Origin: the human T2T-CHM13v2.0 reference genome, Homo sapiens
Assembly (NCBI RefSeq): GCF_009914755.1
Contig: NC_060927.1
DNA: 64,000 nt
Direction: 5' to 3' (one strand)
Shown here piece after piece: positions 1-15,910 of the stretch (the first letter of the stretch is position 1; the number at the start of each line of letters is the position of its first letter). The notes beneath the pieces were generated by a model that worked only from the letters and a program-made list of their open reading frames with translations, was not told where the DNA came from and searched no databases. The position numbers were made by a program, and so were the translations under genes.

Positions 1-135
1 TTAAAGAGCTCCCATTCAACTTCACTCACAATGAGCTAAATTATGTGTGAAATTAACAAGACGTGCACAAATCCAGTACTGCAGCTGGATCCCTAAAGAA
101 ATTTCAGCTGCTGCCATTTAAACAATGGGCTAGAT

Positions 136-309
136 CAGGGTAGGCAAATTTTTTCTGTAAAGGACCAAAGAATAAATATTTGAGGTTTTGTGCGCCATAT
201 GATCTCTGTCTCAATTCCTCAGCCCTGCCGCTAGAGAATGATGCAGTCATAGACACAGCTATTCCAATCATACACACCGGGCCTGAGGGCTGTAGTGTGC
301 CAGCCCCTG
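136..309. mobile_element. MER58A-like hAT-Charlie DNA transposon
   Basis: Termini CAGGG...CCCTG; internal TTTTCTGTAAAGG..C; 8-bp TSD ggctagat (128-135) / gactagat (310-317). Confidence 0.8.
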
Positions 310-1009
310 GACTAGATGGTAAGCATTTCAAAAAAGAAAAAACAAGGGTGTTAATCTCTGAGAGGAGCTAACCCCGACCCATGTGACAGGAGCATGGTGG
401 AGACAGCGTGTGCCTTCAGTATGTCCTCCACCACCAGCACCAGGTAGCCATTCTCCTCTGTGGTCGAGGCACCTCTTGGTCATGGCTGTCTCTCACAGCC
501 GCCCAGCTGGGCAGGGTCTCAGGACTGCAGAGATTATCCAGACCAACCCAGCGACGGTGGCTGGAAAATCATTCCCTAGACTCACTGGAAAGGAGGAGTT
601 ACCAAAGGACAACGTATGTAAGACTCAAGAGAGCCCCAAAGCTAGGTCTCCACCAGGTCCTGCCCCAGCCCTGAGGTGGGAGTCACACATTCTAAAGTTA
701 ACAGGGTTTGAGAAAAATCAACGGGGGGAAAATAAAAAGAATTATCAAATTCGCCAGCAACACGTTTAAGAACAAGTACACGCTTAATAATTTTATCACA
801 GTGATTACTGACGTTTCCTCTGAAGGATAAAATGGCTATTTTGTTAGGAAATGTAGAAGCCCAAGGCAGCCTAAAACAGGCAGCTTCTTGTGGACACAGT
901 GCTGTCTTGAAGAGCTGACTGTATCCTTCCAAGTGATGTATTATTTTGGAGTTTTGTCTTTAGAACCTACTTCTGAAGCTTTACCACCATTTTACGAAGG
1001 AAAAATTGT

Positions 1010-1950
1010 GACTGCAGGATCATAATCTGTGAAATAAATATATGCTTGATGTATATATCAAAGTCTATTTAAGAAATATATGTATTTGGTCTCGTCCTGG
1101 TTTCTGACACAGAGCTCCTAAAACACTTGTAATCTCCTGAGTAACACAGGTGCTAAGAGGAGTTTTTGTTCTAGTATTTGGTCTCTGGCCTTGGTCCTGA
1201 TACGAGCACCTAAACCTCATGGAATTTCCCGGAAGACAGGAGCCTTTTGCTCTAATGAAGGAAGTCTTAGTGGGCTCCTAGATAGCTTCAGGATGGGGCT
1301 AGTCACCAAAAGGACCAAGTCATGATTAGAAACTTAGAACTTTCAGCCCTAATCCCCCACCCTCCAGGGAGAAGGGAGGGGCTGGAGACTGAGTTAACAA
1401 TCAATCATGCCTACATGATGAACCCTCCATAAAAATCCCTAAACAATGGGATTTGGAGCGCTTCCGGGCTGGTGAACACATCCATGTGCTGGGAAGGGGG
1501 CACACCCCAACTCCTGTGCTCAGGACACTTCTGGACCTCGCCCTATGCACCTCTTCATCTAGCGTTCATCTGTGTCCTTTATAATAAATCAGTAAATGTA
1601 AGTAAATGTTTCCCTGAGTTTTATGAGCCGTTCTAGCAAATTACTGAACCTTAGCGGGGAAGTGGGGGTTGTGGGAACCCCTGACTTTATAGCAAAGTTG
1701 GACAGAAATGTGGATACCCTGAGGACCCCACTACTTGCAACTGGCATGAAGAAGGGGGCAGTTTGTGGGACTGAGCCCTTAACCTGTGGATTCTGTTCTA
1801 ACTCCAGGTAGTTAAGTGTCAGAAGTGAATTAAATTATGGGACACCCAAGTGGTATTTGCAGAGTTGGAAAGCTGGTTGATGCTGGGGGAAGAAAACCCT
1901 CATATATTTGGTGTCAGAAGTATTTTGAGTAGAGAAATAGTTTTCCTTTA
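1010..1950 (+). mobile_element. MER21-family solo LTR (ERVL-type)
   Basis: Typical MER21 segments such as gagctcctaaaacacttgtaatctcctgag, tcaatcatgcctac and tttccctgagtt..gagccgttctagcaaatta. Confidence 0.7.
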
Positions 1951-2387
1951 TGCTAGGACCAAGAAAGACTCGTTTGGAGAGAGGAGCGTTTATATGCTAT
2001 GTTTGATCTCCAAATTTAGGCTAGTTTTTGCTTGCACATACAGAACACAGAATCCAGGAATTTAAACCAAATCTAACAACAGGTAGACATAGATGAAGGA
2101 GCCAGCATCGGGGACTGATGTATTTGTGTATCTTCCATCTTCTAGAAGTGGAAGCAGAGTGATTCTAAAATAAAGGTAGGATCAAAAGTTACCTGGAGAA
2201 ACAAAAATGCTTTCATAATATACACAGTTCCTAATGAATTTAATTCAGGGATTCCACATACATTATATTATGTATCATTTCTCACATTCCATGCCCTCCC
2301 CACTCCAACACCATACCCCACCCCCAGCCCCAAGACCCCCAACATAGTCAAAAGCACTCCAGAATGAACTAATACCTAAACACATAC

Positions 2388-2436
2388 CATATCCTCCACG
2401 GACGTCTTTCATGCTTTGGTTCTCTGAAGCGTTTGA
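2388..2436 (-). CDS. STIMATE: STIMATE coding exon 2, 49 nt (L)[15 protein letters not shown](W)
   Basis: Acceptor ctgtcttttctttcAG and donor GTATGT. The phase-1 start joins exon 1 (C+TC = Leu) to give [20 protein letters not shown], the known continuation. Too short for the ORF track. Confidence 0.95.
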
Positions 2437-3390
2437 CTGAAAGAAAAGACAGACATCAGTAGTTTTCCAAAGAAGTTACATAAAGCAAGATGCACATAAC
2501 AAGCTGGGTTATCAGTCTACTCACTGTGTGTATAACCAAGGTAATACACACACTCTTTTAACATGTAACAACATACAGTAAGCCCTGCGAAGGTCACTGA
2601 GGTCCTGTGTTGCCGATGATTGGTATGGACTCTTTAGAACTGGACACTTAGGGAGAAGGACTCCTCATAGCATGTGGAAAACTGTATTTTTCCCTTTGTG
2701 ACACACAAGGCTCACTCAGATAAGGATTGGTAATGACAAAGCGGAACGCAGCTGCTTCTAACTTCAGGATGTGCTCTATCCAAGGACAAATCCATCATCA
2801 ACTCAAACGTTTACTGAGTGCCTACTCCAACCCAGGCACTAAGGATACAAAGGTAAAACCAGTTGTCTTGCAACCAGGGGGCTAGACACGTACATATCAC
2901 ATACGGTGTGACACGTGCTAGAGAAGAGTGAAGTCTGTCGCAGAACGATGGCACAAGGGAAGGATGGCCAACCCCACAGTGGGGACCGAAGTGTTTGTGT
3001 ATCTTCCATCTTCCAGTGAAGAAGAGACTTTACTGATGGGGGACGGTCAAGCCAAGCCCTGAAGGCTGGGTAAGAATTTGGCAAATGGATCAGGGAGGGG
3101 AGAAAAGATACATTCTGGGAAATATCACAAGCCAACAGGTACAGGGACAAAGCATGGCAGAGTGTGTCTGGCCTCATTTAATTTGGCTTTAACACAATAG
3201 GTAACAAGAGAACCTCCTGGAGGAGCGGCAGGTAGCAGGGTGACAAATTGAGCAGGGGCCAAATGAGGGAGGGTCTTGAATGCTGGGCCAAGGAAACTAG
3301 AATGAATCCTGCAGGAAACGAAAAGCCAGGGAAGAGTTCTAAGCAAAGTCAAAGACATGTTGGGACTAAGTTTTAGAAAGGCAGCTCTAT

Positions 3391-3702
3391 GGCTGGGTGT
3401 GGTGGCTCATGCCTGTAATCCCAGCACTTTGCAAAGCTGAGGCGTGAGGACTGCTTGAGCCCGGGAGTTCGAGACCAGCCTGGGTAACAGAGTGAGACAC
3501 GTCTCTACAAAATATTTTTTAAAAAGTAGCTGTGTGTGGTGGCGCACACCTCTGGTTCTAGCTACTCTGGAAGCTGAGGTGGGAGGATCACTTGAGCCCA
3601 GGAGGTTGAGGCTGCAGTGAGCCAAGACTGCACCATTGCACTCCTGTCTGGGCAACAGAGCGAGACTCTACCTCAAAAAAAAGAAAAGAAAAGAAAAGAA
3701 AA
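3391..3702 (+). mobile_element. Alu (AluJ-like)
   Basis: Dimeric Alu with (AAAAG)n tail. Confidence 0.9.
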
Positions 3703-4789
3703 GCTCTGTTAATTGAGCAGACAGTGGATGTCTGGGCACTCATTCAGCAACAACCTGATTGGCCTTGGATAGCAAAGAACTTGCCCGATTTACGTCTGAA
3801 CCTTGGGTCTGTAGACACGATGGCCTGAACAAGAGGAAATGAAAAGTTTTGAAGCTACGTATCCTCCACTGAGGTGCTAGGCAAGTACTTCCACAATGAT
3901 TCTATCTACTAAAACAAACACTGAAAGTGCTGCCTGTGTGATACTTTCCCACAGAAAAGTACCAAGGAAGAAACAGATGCTGTTGCAAGCCCACAGAAGA
4001 TGCCTTGTTACTCCTGGTGGTGGGCAAGAACCAACTTCTGGCAGAGTCCTGAGCTGCCAGCGAGGGTGCAGGAGGAGAAGGGAGACAGGGAAGGAGAAAA
4101 TGGTAGCCAAGACAGTAAACCCTACTCTCTGAACAAACAAAGGCAGTCTGCATTTGCCAGGCAAGGACTGCCTATACAAAGAATTGCAGTTACAAGTCTG
4201 TTTAGAGAGACATGTTGAGAGAGAGAGATCAACGAGCAGGTGAAGTTGTGAGGAGGTCTGTCATCTCTTTGACACATCACAGATCCCAAACCTCAACAAC
4301 GCCAGAGAATATGGAGTTGAGGCCAAGAGGTTCTGCTTGCCTGAACAGCTCTTGGAAGCAGGAGGCCCCTTCCCTTAAGCATGCCAGGTCTCACTTGGGG
4401 CCTGGAACTCAGGAAGGAGACATGAGAAAACTAGGCCAGGACAAAACTGTTTGGAGGGAACGCCCCCAGTCAGGGCCAGAGCCACTGCATGCTCATTTCT
4501 CCTTCTGCTTCAGGGGAATCTGTCCCCATCACTGTAAAATAAAGCACATCAAATATATCTTGAGGGGCATGTCCTTGTTCCTAGGCGATGCATGCTGAAG
4601 TAACAGAGTGGCTGCAATTTACTTCTGAGTGGTTTGGGGGAATATATTATACATTATAATTATGTATAATAAATGTATTACGTTATAAATGGTTTTATAA
4701 TTATAAGTAATACAACAAATTATATAATAAATCTTATAATTATATTATTATTATATATAGAGAGAGAGAGAGAAAGAGAAGCAAATGTG

Positions 4790-5183
4790 GTGTTATAGGC
4801 TGAATTGTGCCCCCACCTCCAAAGTCATCTGTTGAAGTCCAAACCCACAGCACCTCAGAGCGAGACTATTTGGAGACCAGGCCTTTGAAGGGGTAATTAA
4901 GGTTTAATGAGAGCTTTTTGGCGGGCCCTAATCCAATGACTGGAATCCTTATAAGAGGAGGAGATTAGGACACAGATGTGTGAGTGCAGCAAGAAAAGAC
5001 CATGCAAGAACACTGAGAAGAGCGTCATCTGCAAGCCAAGGAGAGAGGCCTTGGAGGAAATCCAACCTGCTGACACCTTCATTGCGGTCTTCCAGCTTCC
5101 AGAAACTGTGAGAAAATAAGTGTCTATTGTTTAAGCCACCCAGTCTGTGATATTTGGTTATGGCAGCCTGAGCAAACGAAAAC
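4790..5183 (+). mobile_element. MLT1 (MaLR) solo LTR inserted in an old L1 3' remnant
   Basis: tgttataggctgaattgtgcccc ... aagccacccagtctgtgatatttg..atggcagcc..agcaaac. Confidence 0.75.
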
Positions 5184-5344
5184 ATGTAGCATGACAATAC
5201 TGGTGAACCTAGATGAAAGATATTTGGCTATTCATTACACTATTATTTAGGCTTTTCTGTAAGTTTAATATTTTTTGAAATAAAAAGTTTGAGGAAAAAC
5301 ATCCCAGAAGAATGAACTAGTGTAACCATTCAAAGGTCAACATG

Positions 5345-5630
5345 GGCTGGGTGCAGTGGCTCACACCTGTAATCCAAACTTAAGGAGTGGATTGCTTGAG
5401 CCCAGGAGTTTGAGACCAGCCCGGGCAACACCGTGAGACTCCATCCTTACAAAAAACAAACAAAATAAGCTAAGTGTCTTGACGCATGGCTGTGGTCCTA
5501 GCTACTCGGGGAGGCTGAGTTGGGAGGATTGGTTGAGCCCAGGAGGTTGAGGCTGCAGTGAGCTATCGCATCACTGCATTCCAGCCTGGGAAAGACTGTC
5601 TCAAAAAAATTTAAAGAAACAAAAAACAAA
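5345..5630 (+). mobile_element. Alu (degenerate AluJ-like)
   Basis: Alu consensus with deletions; TSD caaaggtcaac. Confidence 0.85.
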
Positions 5631-5842
5631 GGTCAACTTGGCAATATCTATCAAAATTTTAAATGCCCATACTCCTTTAATCTGCAATGAATGCACTGCC
5701 AGATACATGCTATACAAGTATTATTGCAGGTGTGTCAGGATGTATAGGAATATTCACTGCAATACTGTCGTAACTGAAACTGATGCCTGTCGGTATGGGG
5801 TTAGGTCCATATGACACAGTACATACGTTCAATACAATACTA

Positions 5843-6196
<354 letters not shown>

Positions 6197-6375
6197 ACAA
6201 TGAGGTAGATCTATATGGGCTAATATAGAAGATTTTCAAATTATATTAATAAATTCTAGAATAATATGCCTACCATGATTCTGTTCATGTCCACTTTGAA
6301 TGGATATACATTTATGCTGGTATTATGTATTATTTTTTCCTAGAAGAATACATAAGTGACTATTAACAAAGGCTA

Positions 6376-6492
6376 TGCTGGGTGTGATGGCTCAAACCTG
6401 CAATCCCAGCACTTTGGGAGGCCAAGGCATGAAGATCGCCTGAGGCCAGGAGTTTGAGACCAGCCTGAGCAACAAAGCAAGACCCATTTCTC

Positions 6493-6527
<35 letters not shown>

Positions 6528-6700
6528 TTTTTTTTTTTTTTTTTTTTGCTGGGCATGATGGTATGTACCCGTAGTCCCAGCTACTTGGGAGACTGAGGCG
6601 GGAAGGGATTATTTAAGTTTAAGAGTGCCACTGTACTCTACCCTGGGGAACAAAGTGAAACCCTGATTCAAAAAAAAAAGAGAGAAAAAAAGAAAAAAAT
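6376..6700 (+). mobile_element. Alu (AluJ-like) with A30T24 linker
   Basis: Left arm, A30/T24 run, then a partially deleted right arm. Confidence 0.85.
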
Positions 6701-9684
6701 CCAAGGGCTACTTTTGATTAAAGGAATTATGGATCAAGGAATTCACATTGCTTTTATTTCAGAATTTACGAAAGAAAAGACAAACCTATCTCAGAGATTT
6801 GAGCCAATGTAGCAAAGTGGGATGTGGGAGAATCAGCGTGACCTACAGCTGGGCTTCAGACAAGGAATGGAGGAGAATGGTGTGCCCGTGCCTGTGGGTG
6901 CCCTGAGACAGCCACATATAGGAGCACCTTTGATCAAGTTCAGAATGGAATCAAATTCTTCTGAATCAGAGCAGAAGTGTGGGGCTGTGGGGCTCCTGCC
7001 TCCTTCCTCTCCACCTCCTATCCCCTTTCCCTAGAACAGTCCAGATTCTTTTTTTTTTTTTTTTAAAGGAAGAGGAAATACTAAGAGAGCTTCTCCCAGT
7101 CAAATTTGGTAAAGGGGGTAAAAAAAAAAAACAGAAAAATTCATTCATCTACCATCATATGTTATTGAGGGGCCTGCTGTGTGACAAGCCCCATTCAGCA
7201 GGAGATGAAATGCACAAAACCCTTGCCTTCATCACACCCTAGTAGGGAGAGGAATAACATATGGAGCATGGCAGACAGTGCCAAGCATGGAGGTAAACAC
7301 AGAGGCAGGTGAAGAGAGAAGAGGGCTGGCACGTGGGGTCTGAACTGTCAATGAGGAGGTATGAAGGAGAGCCCACGCCCGAGGAAGGTGCAGGCCAAGT
7401 CACGAGGGTCTCGGGAAGAGCCGTCCAGGCAGAGGGCTGGAGGACAGCAGGCAGAACAGCAGGGCGTGCGGGAGAGGCAGCTGGACCTCCACCGAGAACC
7501 CAGGCTAAGAGCTCCACGTGGGCCTGTGTGTGGTGGCCAGGCAGCTGTAGCCACAGCCCAGCAGGCTCCCTCCAGCTGCTGTGCTGAGAGCAGCCCACAG
7601 GGATGGTATGGCAGCAGGGAGCCCACTAGAGACAACCACCCACTCCCATTCACCCCCCGCAGTAACTAGGACCACATGCTGGCACTGACCGGGGCAATAG
7701 GAGAGGGGAGAAGAGGTCAGATTCCGGTTGGGTCTTAAATGTTGAGCTGAAGGCTCTGCTGACAGTGGACGTGGGGTGTGGAAGAAAGGATGGCTGGGGC
7801 TGACTCGGGAGGTGGGAGTTTACACTGTTCCACGTGGTGGCGGGGGTACTTATCTCCAGGCAACAAACAAGGAGGGGTCTCTGTGTACCTCACAGACAGT
7901 AAGCCAGGCACCCTGTCCCACGGAAACAGTTGTGCCCTGCGTGGGCCTGGCAGCTGCTCCTGCAGAAGCCACACCATGCTCAGAGTGGCTCAGGCAGGGT
8001 CCTAGGACCACAGACCTTTCTTCATTAGTGGTGCTTTGCAGGATGGAGGGGACTTGCTCAGATGGAGCCAGAGCCAGGAAAGCATAAGCCACCCTTTCTA
8101 ACACATCCTCATCCCCACACACCCCTGAGGCGGAGGCTGATGGAGGGTAGCAGCCACACCTCAAGTGCAGGTCAGGTTCCCGAACACAGAGCTGGAAGCC
8201 AAGGCTGATGGAGTGATTCCTGCAAGAGCCCTACTGAACAGAGAGAGGGGAGAAGGGGAAGGTGGAGACTGAGGCCTGCAGCACTCAGCGGCACTGCCTC
8301 TGCACACAGGTCCCATTCCATTGCTTCTGTGATGAGATGCACCAATTGTCCCCAAGCCACAGCAGGCTCCTAAGCAGACTCGCGGCCTTTTGTGTACAGG
8401 TGTCCTGAAGACAGGCATGGGTCTCATCAGCCCTGAAAAGGAGGAGTGGTCAACAGCCTGGGCACAGTCAGACAGATGTGGCTTTGAATCCTGTCTCTGC
8501 TACTATCTAGCTATGTGACTTTTGTATATCACAAAAAAGAGGAAGGTGGGGGGCTGCTATGACCGGCTAGGCACGTTGTCTCCAGGATTAAATGAGAAGA
8601 CAGATGGAAATGTCAGTGATGAACATGTGCTCAGGAGAGCATGCCTCACTGTGGAGTCCCCACCCTGCACCCTGTCTTCCCTTTCCTCTGTGTGTCCGTT
8701 TTCCCCACTCCCGGGGCTGAGCCATCCCTGTCCTGGTTTCTGTGAAGCGTGAGACCTTGGGTCTGCCAGCTGCAACCCTCCATACCAATCCCTCCTTTGG
8801 CCATCCAGGCAGCAAAGGGGCCCAATCCTAGGAGGCTTCTATGATTCTCCAATCCTGCTCACCTCCCTGCCATCCTCTCAATGCTCTGAATGTTCTCCTC
8901 TATCTCCCGTGGTTCTGTCCTCCCTACACAGCCTCCCCTTCTTCCTCTTGACTCCTGGGGAGAAGTTCCCCTCTCAGGGCTCCTATGCCGAGGGCTTGCC
9001 AGCCTCTCCCTCCAGCCCTGGCCTCCCAGTGATGCTCCAACTGCAGGCTGGCCCAGTCTGCTGGGTCCCTCATAGCCAAGTTGTCTCCTGCCCACTCTGC
9101 TAGTCCTGCCCAGCTCTGCCATTTCTGCATAGAATGGAAGTGTCCTCACCCTGGGGCTCCTTACTCTCCTCCTTCCTTCCCACTCAGCTGTCAATCTCCC
9201 CTGCCAAGTTGTAACTGAAAAGTCTTCTGCATATGCCCCTTTCCCCATTTCTACTGGCAAGCTAACCCAGCCCCTCAGGACTGCTTTCCTGTGCTGATGA
9301 GACTGCCTCCTAACAGGCTTCCCTGCTCCGATCTCTTCAACTGCCTTTCCTATCCACCCACCCATCCACTCCACCAGCACTGAGCACTTACTCTGTGCTG
9401 GGGATACAGTAATGGACAATACAGACATGGTCCTTGCCCTCAAGGGGCTTTCAGTCTAGTTATGCTGTGTACCATCTAACTTGCCTAAAAACTTGCCTCA
9501 TCTTAGAATCAAAGTACATCTTTTGGAAAAGGTGAATATATGGAGAGTATATAAAATTCAAAGAGTATATTATTTTAGTAGTGTTGTATGGTATTTTTTT
9601 CAATCTCTCTTCTTTCAATTTTATATTTAAGTGTAAGAAGCATATAGGTGAGTTTTCCCCTCAAAATCTAGTTGGCAATGATAA

Positions 9685-10135
9685 TGGCTGAATGGTGGTG
9701 TCCTACATGGTATGTCCCACAACCCCTGATACCTGCAAATGCAGCCTTATTTGGAGAAAAGGTCTTGGCAGATGTAATTAAAGATCATGAGATGAGATCA
9801 TTCTGGACTAATCTGGTGGGCTCTAAATCCAATTACAAGTATCCTTATGAGAGATGGAGGAGAGATGGAGGAATAGAGACAGAGGGGGAAGAGAAGAAGG
9901 ACCTGTGAAGATGGAAGCAGAGAATGGAGTTATGCAGCCACATGCCAAGGAATCCTGGAGCCACCAGAAGCTGAAAGAGGCAAAAAAGGGTCCTCTCCCA
10001 GAGCTGCTGGAGGGAGTGTGGCCGCTGCCCACACCTTGACTCTGGACTTGGGGCCTCAGAACAGTGAGAAAACATTTCTGCTGTTTTAGGCCAAGAAGTT
10101 TGTGATTATTTGTTATGGCATCTCTAGCAAACTAA
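9685..10135 (+). mobile_element. MLT1 (MaLR) solo LTR
   Basis: cttatttggagaaaaggtcttggcagatgtaattaa ... gccaccagaagctgaaagaggc ... tttgttatggca. Confidence 0.75.
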
Positions 10136-10179
10136 TAAAGATTCTTTTCTCTTTTTCTTTCAATGAAATTCAGAGTACA

Positions 10180-12731
<2,552 letters not shown>

Positions 12732-15611
12732 GTACAAAATATATTCAGTGAAAAGTCTCCCTTCTGGCTGACATCCCAGTCCCTCTGTTTCCCTTCTCAG
12801 GGCCAACTACTGTCCCCAAGACCTTACATATCCTTTCAAAGACATGCTGGACAACCACACAGATGCACAGATCTGTGTGTGTGTGTGTAGGGGCGGTGGG
12901 GGGACACAAACCGTCACATGCTTTACACGTTGTCTAACCTTCCTGCTCTCACCTACTGTACACATGGCTCCATTTTCTTTCATTAGAGGCTACATGGCAT
13001 CCCACAGTGTGGCTGTGCCATCTCATTTACTCTATGAGCTGCTGCCGCGAATGTCCCTGCCATGTGCTACCTCTGCCTGTGTGGGCCCATATCTGAGGGG
13101 CAGATTCCTAGAGGCACACTTGCTACATCAAAAGCTATGTGCGGCTTATTCTGTGGCGCCGCTCTCCACAGAGGCTGTGCCAACTCACACTCCCACTAAT
13201 AGCACGAGTACCCATTCCCACATTCTTGCCAGCATGGTGTACTAGCAAACCTTCTCACTCTGACAATTTGATCGCTGAAGAGGCTGTCTCAGCACGGCTG
13301 CGGCGTGCACCCATCAGGCCACTTGGGTGCCAGGGCACCTGCGGGGCTTGCCACCGTCTACCGCCTTGAGGGGCCTGGCAGGGCTCCCAGTCCCACCCGA
13401 TCTCACCTGCTCTCTCCTCTCGGACATGAGCCCAGAGCCCCTCCTTTTCCCCATGCTCACGCCCTCCCCTGAGGATACCAGGGTGTGGTGGTGCTCACTC
13501 TCCCAGAAGTTTGGGCAGTGCTACTGGTGCCACACAATAGGACAGCAATTATGGATGACTCAACTCTACCTGTCGACTTCACACAGCACCCAGGTCACCG
13601 ACTGCTCACTTAACGCTATGTTGTTTGGTTTTCCACACGCCACTCTCACTTGGCATGTGGAGGGCGGGGACCAGGCACCCAGCTCGACTGTCCTCCTCAG
13701 AGCCCGGTCTGGGCTGGCGCTCCACGTGGACCCACTGACTAGCAGAAGGAAGTTGGAATTTTACACTTGATGTCACAGAGTGGTAGAGTAACAAGTCAAA
13801 AAACACAGGCGTTGGAAGGGATATAATTTCCAGGTAGCAGCTGCAGCCCTATTTAGAAACTGAGTCAAAAAGCACAACTGTCTTGAGATTAAACACTCAA
13901 TTTAAGGGAGGTGCAGCCCAAGAGATGCAGGGATAGGGGGAATGTGGTGGGCTCCTGTCAGGTGCAGGGAAAGGCGTGTGGCTGCATAAAGACAGGGAAG
14001 CCGGGGTCTCCCGGCTGCAGCCCTGGCTACCAGGTGGTACAGTCCCTTGCATCCCTCTTACCAGATGGCATTTTTCAGACCAGCAAAACATGGGTGGAAA
14101 ATCACCCCCTGCTGAGGATACAGAACAGGAAGAGGCTCATGAACCTGGCAGGGCTCTTGGCACAAAGCTGCTCTTTGCCATGAAAATCCACCGAGGCAAT
14201 TCAGTTAAATATTTGTATTGTTACATCTACAGTGTAACCTTAAAGCAGGAGGATCATCACAGGCCTCCCAGTGGCCATTTTAGCTTATGACTTTCCAAAA
14301 GTAGAAATGTAAGATGCTTTGGATCACTCTCCCTCACAGACAGCAGGAAGTCCTGGGACACAAAACCGCTGGTCCTTGTGTGAGACGTTGGACCTCAGTG
14401 CATGAGCAGGTTTCCCAACTCTCAGGAATGGGGTGCTCTGGAAGCCATGAGCTCATACGCCATAAGCCTGTATGCTTTCTTGTTCATCCCTGGGGAAAAA
14501 TACTCCCACCTTCCAATGACCCGGAGGCAGAAACACACCCATAGTTTTGGAGCCCTCTGCCCCATGGCATGTTGCTGAACAGGACCACTCCCTGATGGCC
14601 TCATTTCTCAAGCCGTCTCACGGGCCAGTGCCTCCTGCAACACAGGCGAGTGCTGAGGCAGCGGACTCTTCCCCTGGGCAAGTGGCAAGCAGCGCCACCT
14701 CCAGCTGAATATCAGCTCATAAACTACGCAGTGTGGCTCCCATTCAGAGCCAGAAGGGTCCTTGAGTGTCCAACCCCCTCCAGGGTAGGGTGTGGAAAAT
14801 GGTAGGGGAATTGACTTGTCCAGAATCACCCCAGCAGTTAGTAGAGGAGCCGCAAAGAAAGCCAAGTCACCCGGGCCAAGCCTTTCTCTAACCAGCACTG
14901 GTCAGGCCAGTGACCTCAAGCCATGCCTGGCTGGTCCTATGGAGCCCAGGCCCCCTCTCCACAATTCTTGACCAGGTCTCCAGTGCTCCAAATGGCAGAA
15001 ACTGTCCTGAGGGGTGAGCAAATCTATCTGCTGGAGGGAACCAGCAGTCAAGGAAAAACCCAGAAGTGTTTCTGCACCTTCCCTAAGTGATAAACGAACA
15101 TCCCAACAACCAGGCCCCACTCAAACCTCCTCAATGCCCTGTAGTAGGGCTAAAAACCCAGAGACGCCCAGGGAAAAAGTCCCCAGAAGTCACTGAGGTA
15201 GCCTGCTGGCTGCTTCCCAAATCCATTCTCTCATTCTTCCTTGCTAAGAGAAGCCCCTTGGTCAGGCAACTTAAAGACTATATTTCCCAGCCTCCCCTGC
15301 TGCTGGTGTGGCCATGTGACTCAGTTCTACCCTAGCAGAACTCTAAATCCAGGTCAGGCCACTTTTTAAGGAGAAATGGAGGTCCAGGTGATTCTTATGG
15401 CAGGGAACTAAGGGCAGTCAAGTCAGGAATAGCTTGAAATCTAGTTCCAGCTTTATCCAAAATTTTATGATTTTAAGCCAGTCACTTAACTTTTCAGAGT
15501 CTGTTTCTTCAGTTGTCCACTTCATGGGTTCACTGTGGGGAGAAGAGCAGCTGCCGTTATGGCTGTCATGCTGTCACCACCTATTGAGTACTCACGTCAG
15601 GAACTTGATTA

Positions 15612-15910
15612 TTTTATTATTTTATTTTTTGAGACAGTGTTTTGCTCTTGTCGCTCAGGCTGGAGTGCAGTGGCGAGATCTCAGCTCACTGAAACCTCCG
15701 CCTCCTGGGTTCACGTGATTCTCCTGCCTCAGCCTCCTGAGTAGCTGGGATTACAGGCACGCGCCACCATGCCTGGCTAATTCTGTATTTTTGGTAGACA
15801 AGGTTTTACCGTGTTGGCTAGGATGGTCTCGAATTCCTGACCATAAGTGATCCGCCTGCCTTGGCCTCCCAAAGTGCTGAGATTACAGGTGTGAGCCAAT
15901 GCACCTGGCC
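15612..15910 (-). mobile_element. Alu (AluS-like)
   Basis: Full antisense dimer. Confidence 0.9.

Noticed and set aside
1075-1240. Internal direct repeat (tatttggtctc...cctaaa)
   Set aside because: Appears to be intrinsic to the MER21-type LTR rather than an independent feature.
4640-4780. AT-rich stretch with a 10-bp inverted repeat and (GA)n
   Set aside because: Low-complexity expansion within an old L1 remnant; palindromes are expected by chance in AT-only sequence.
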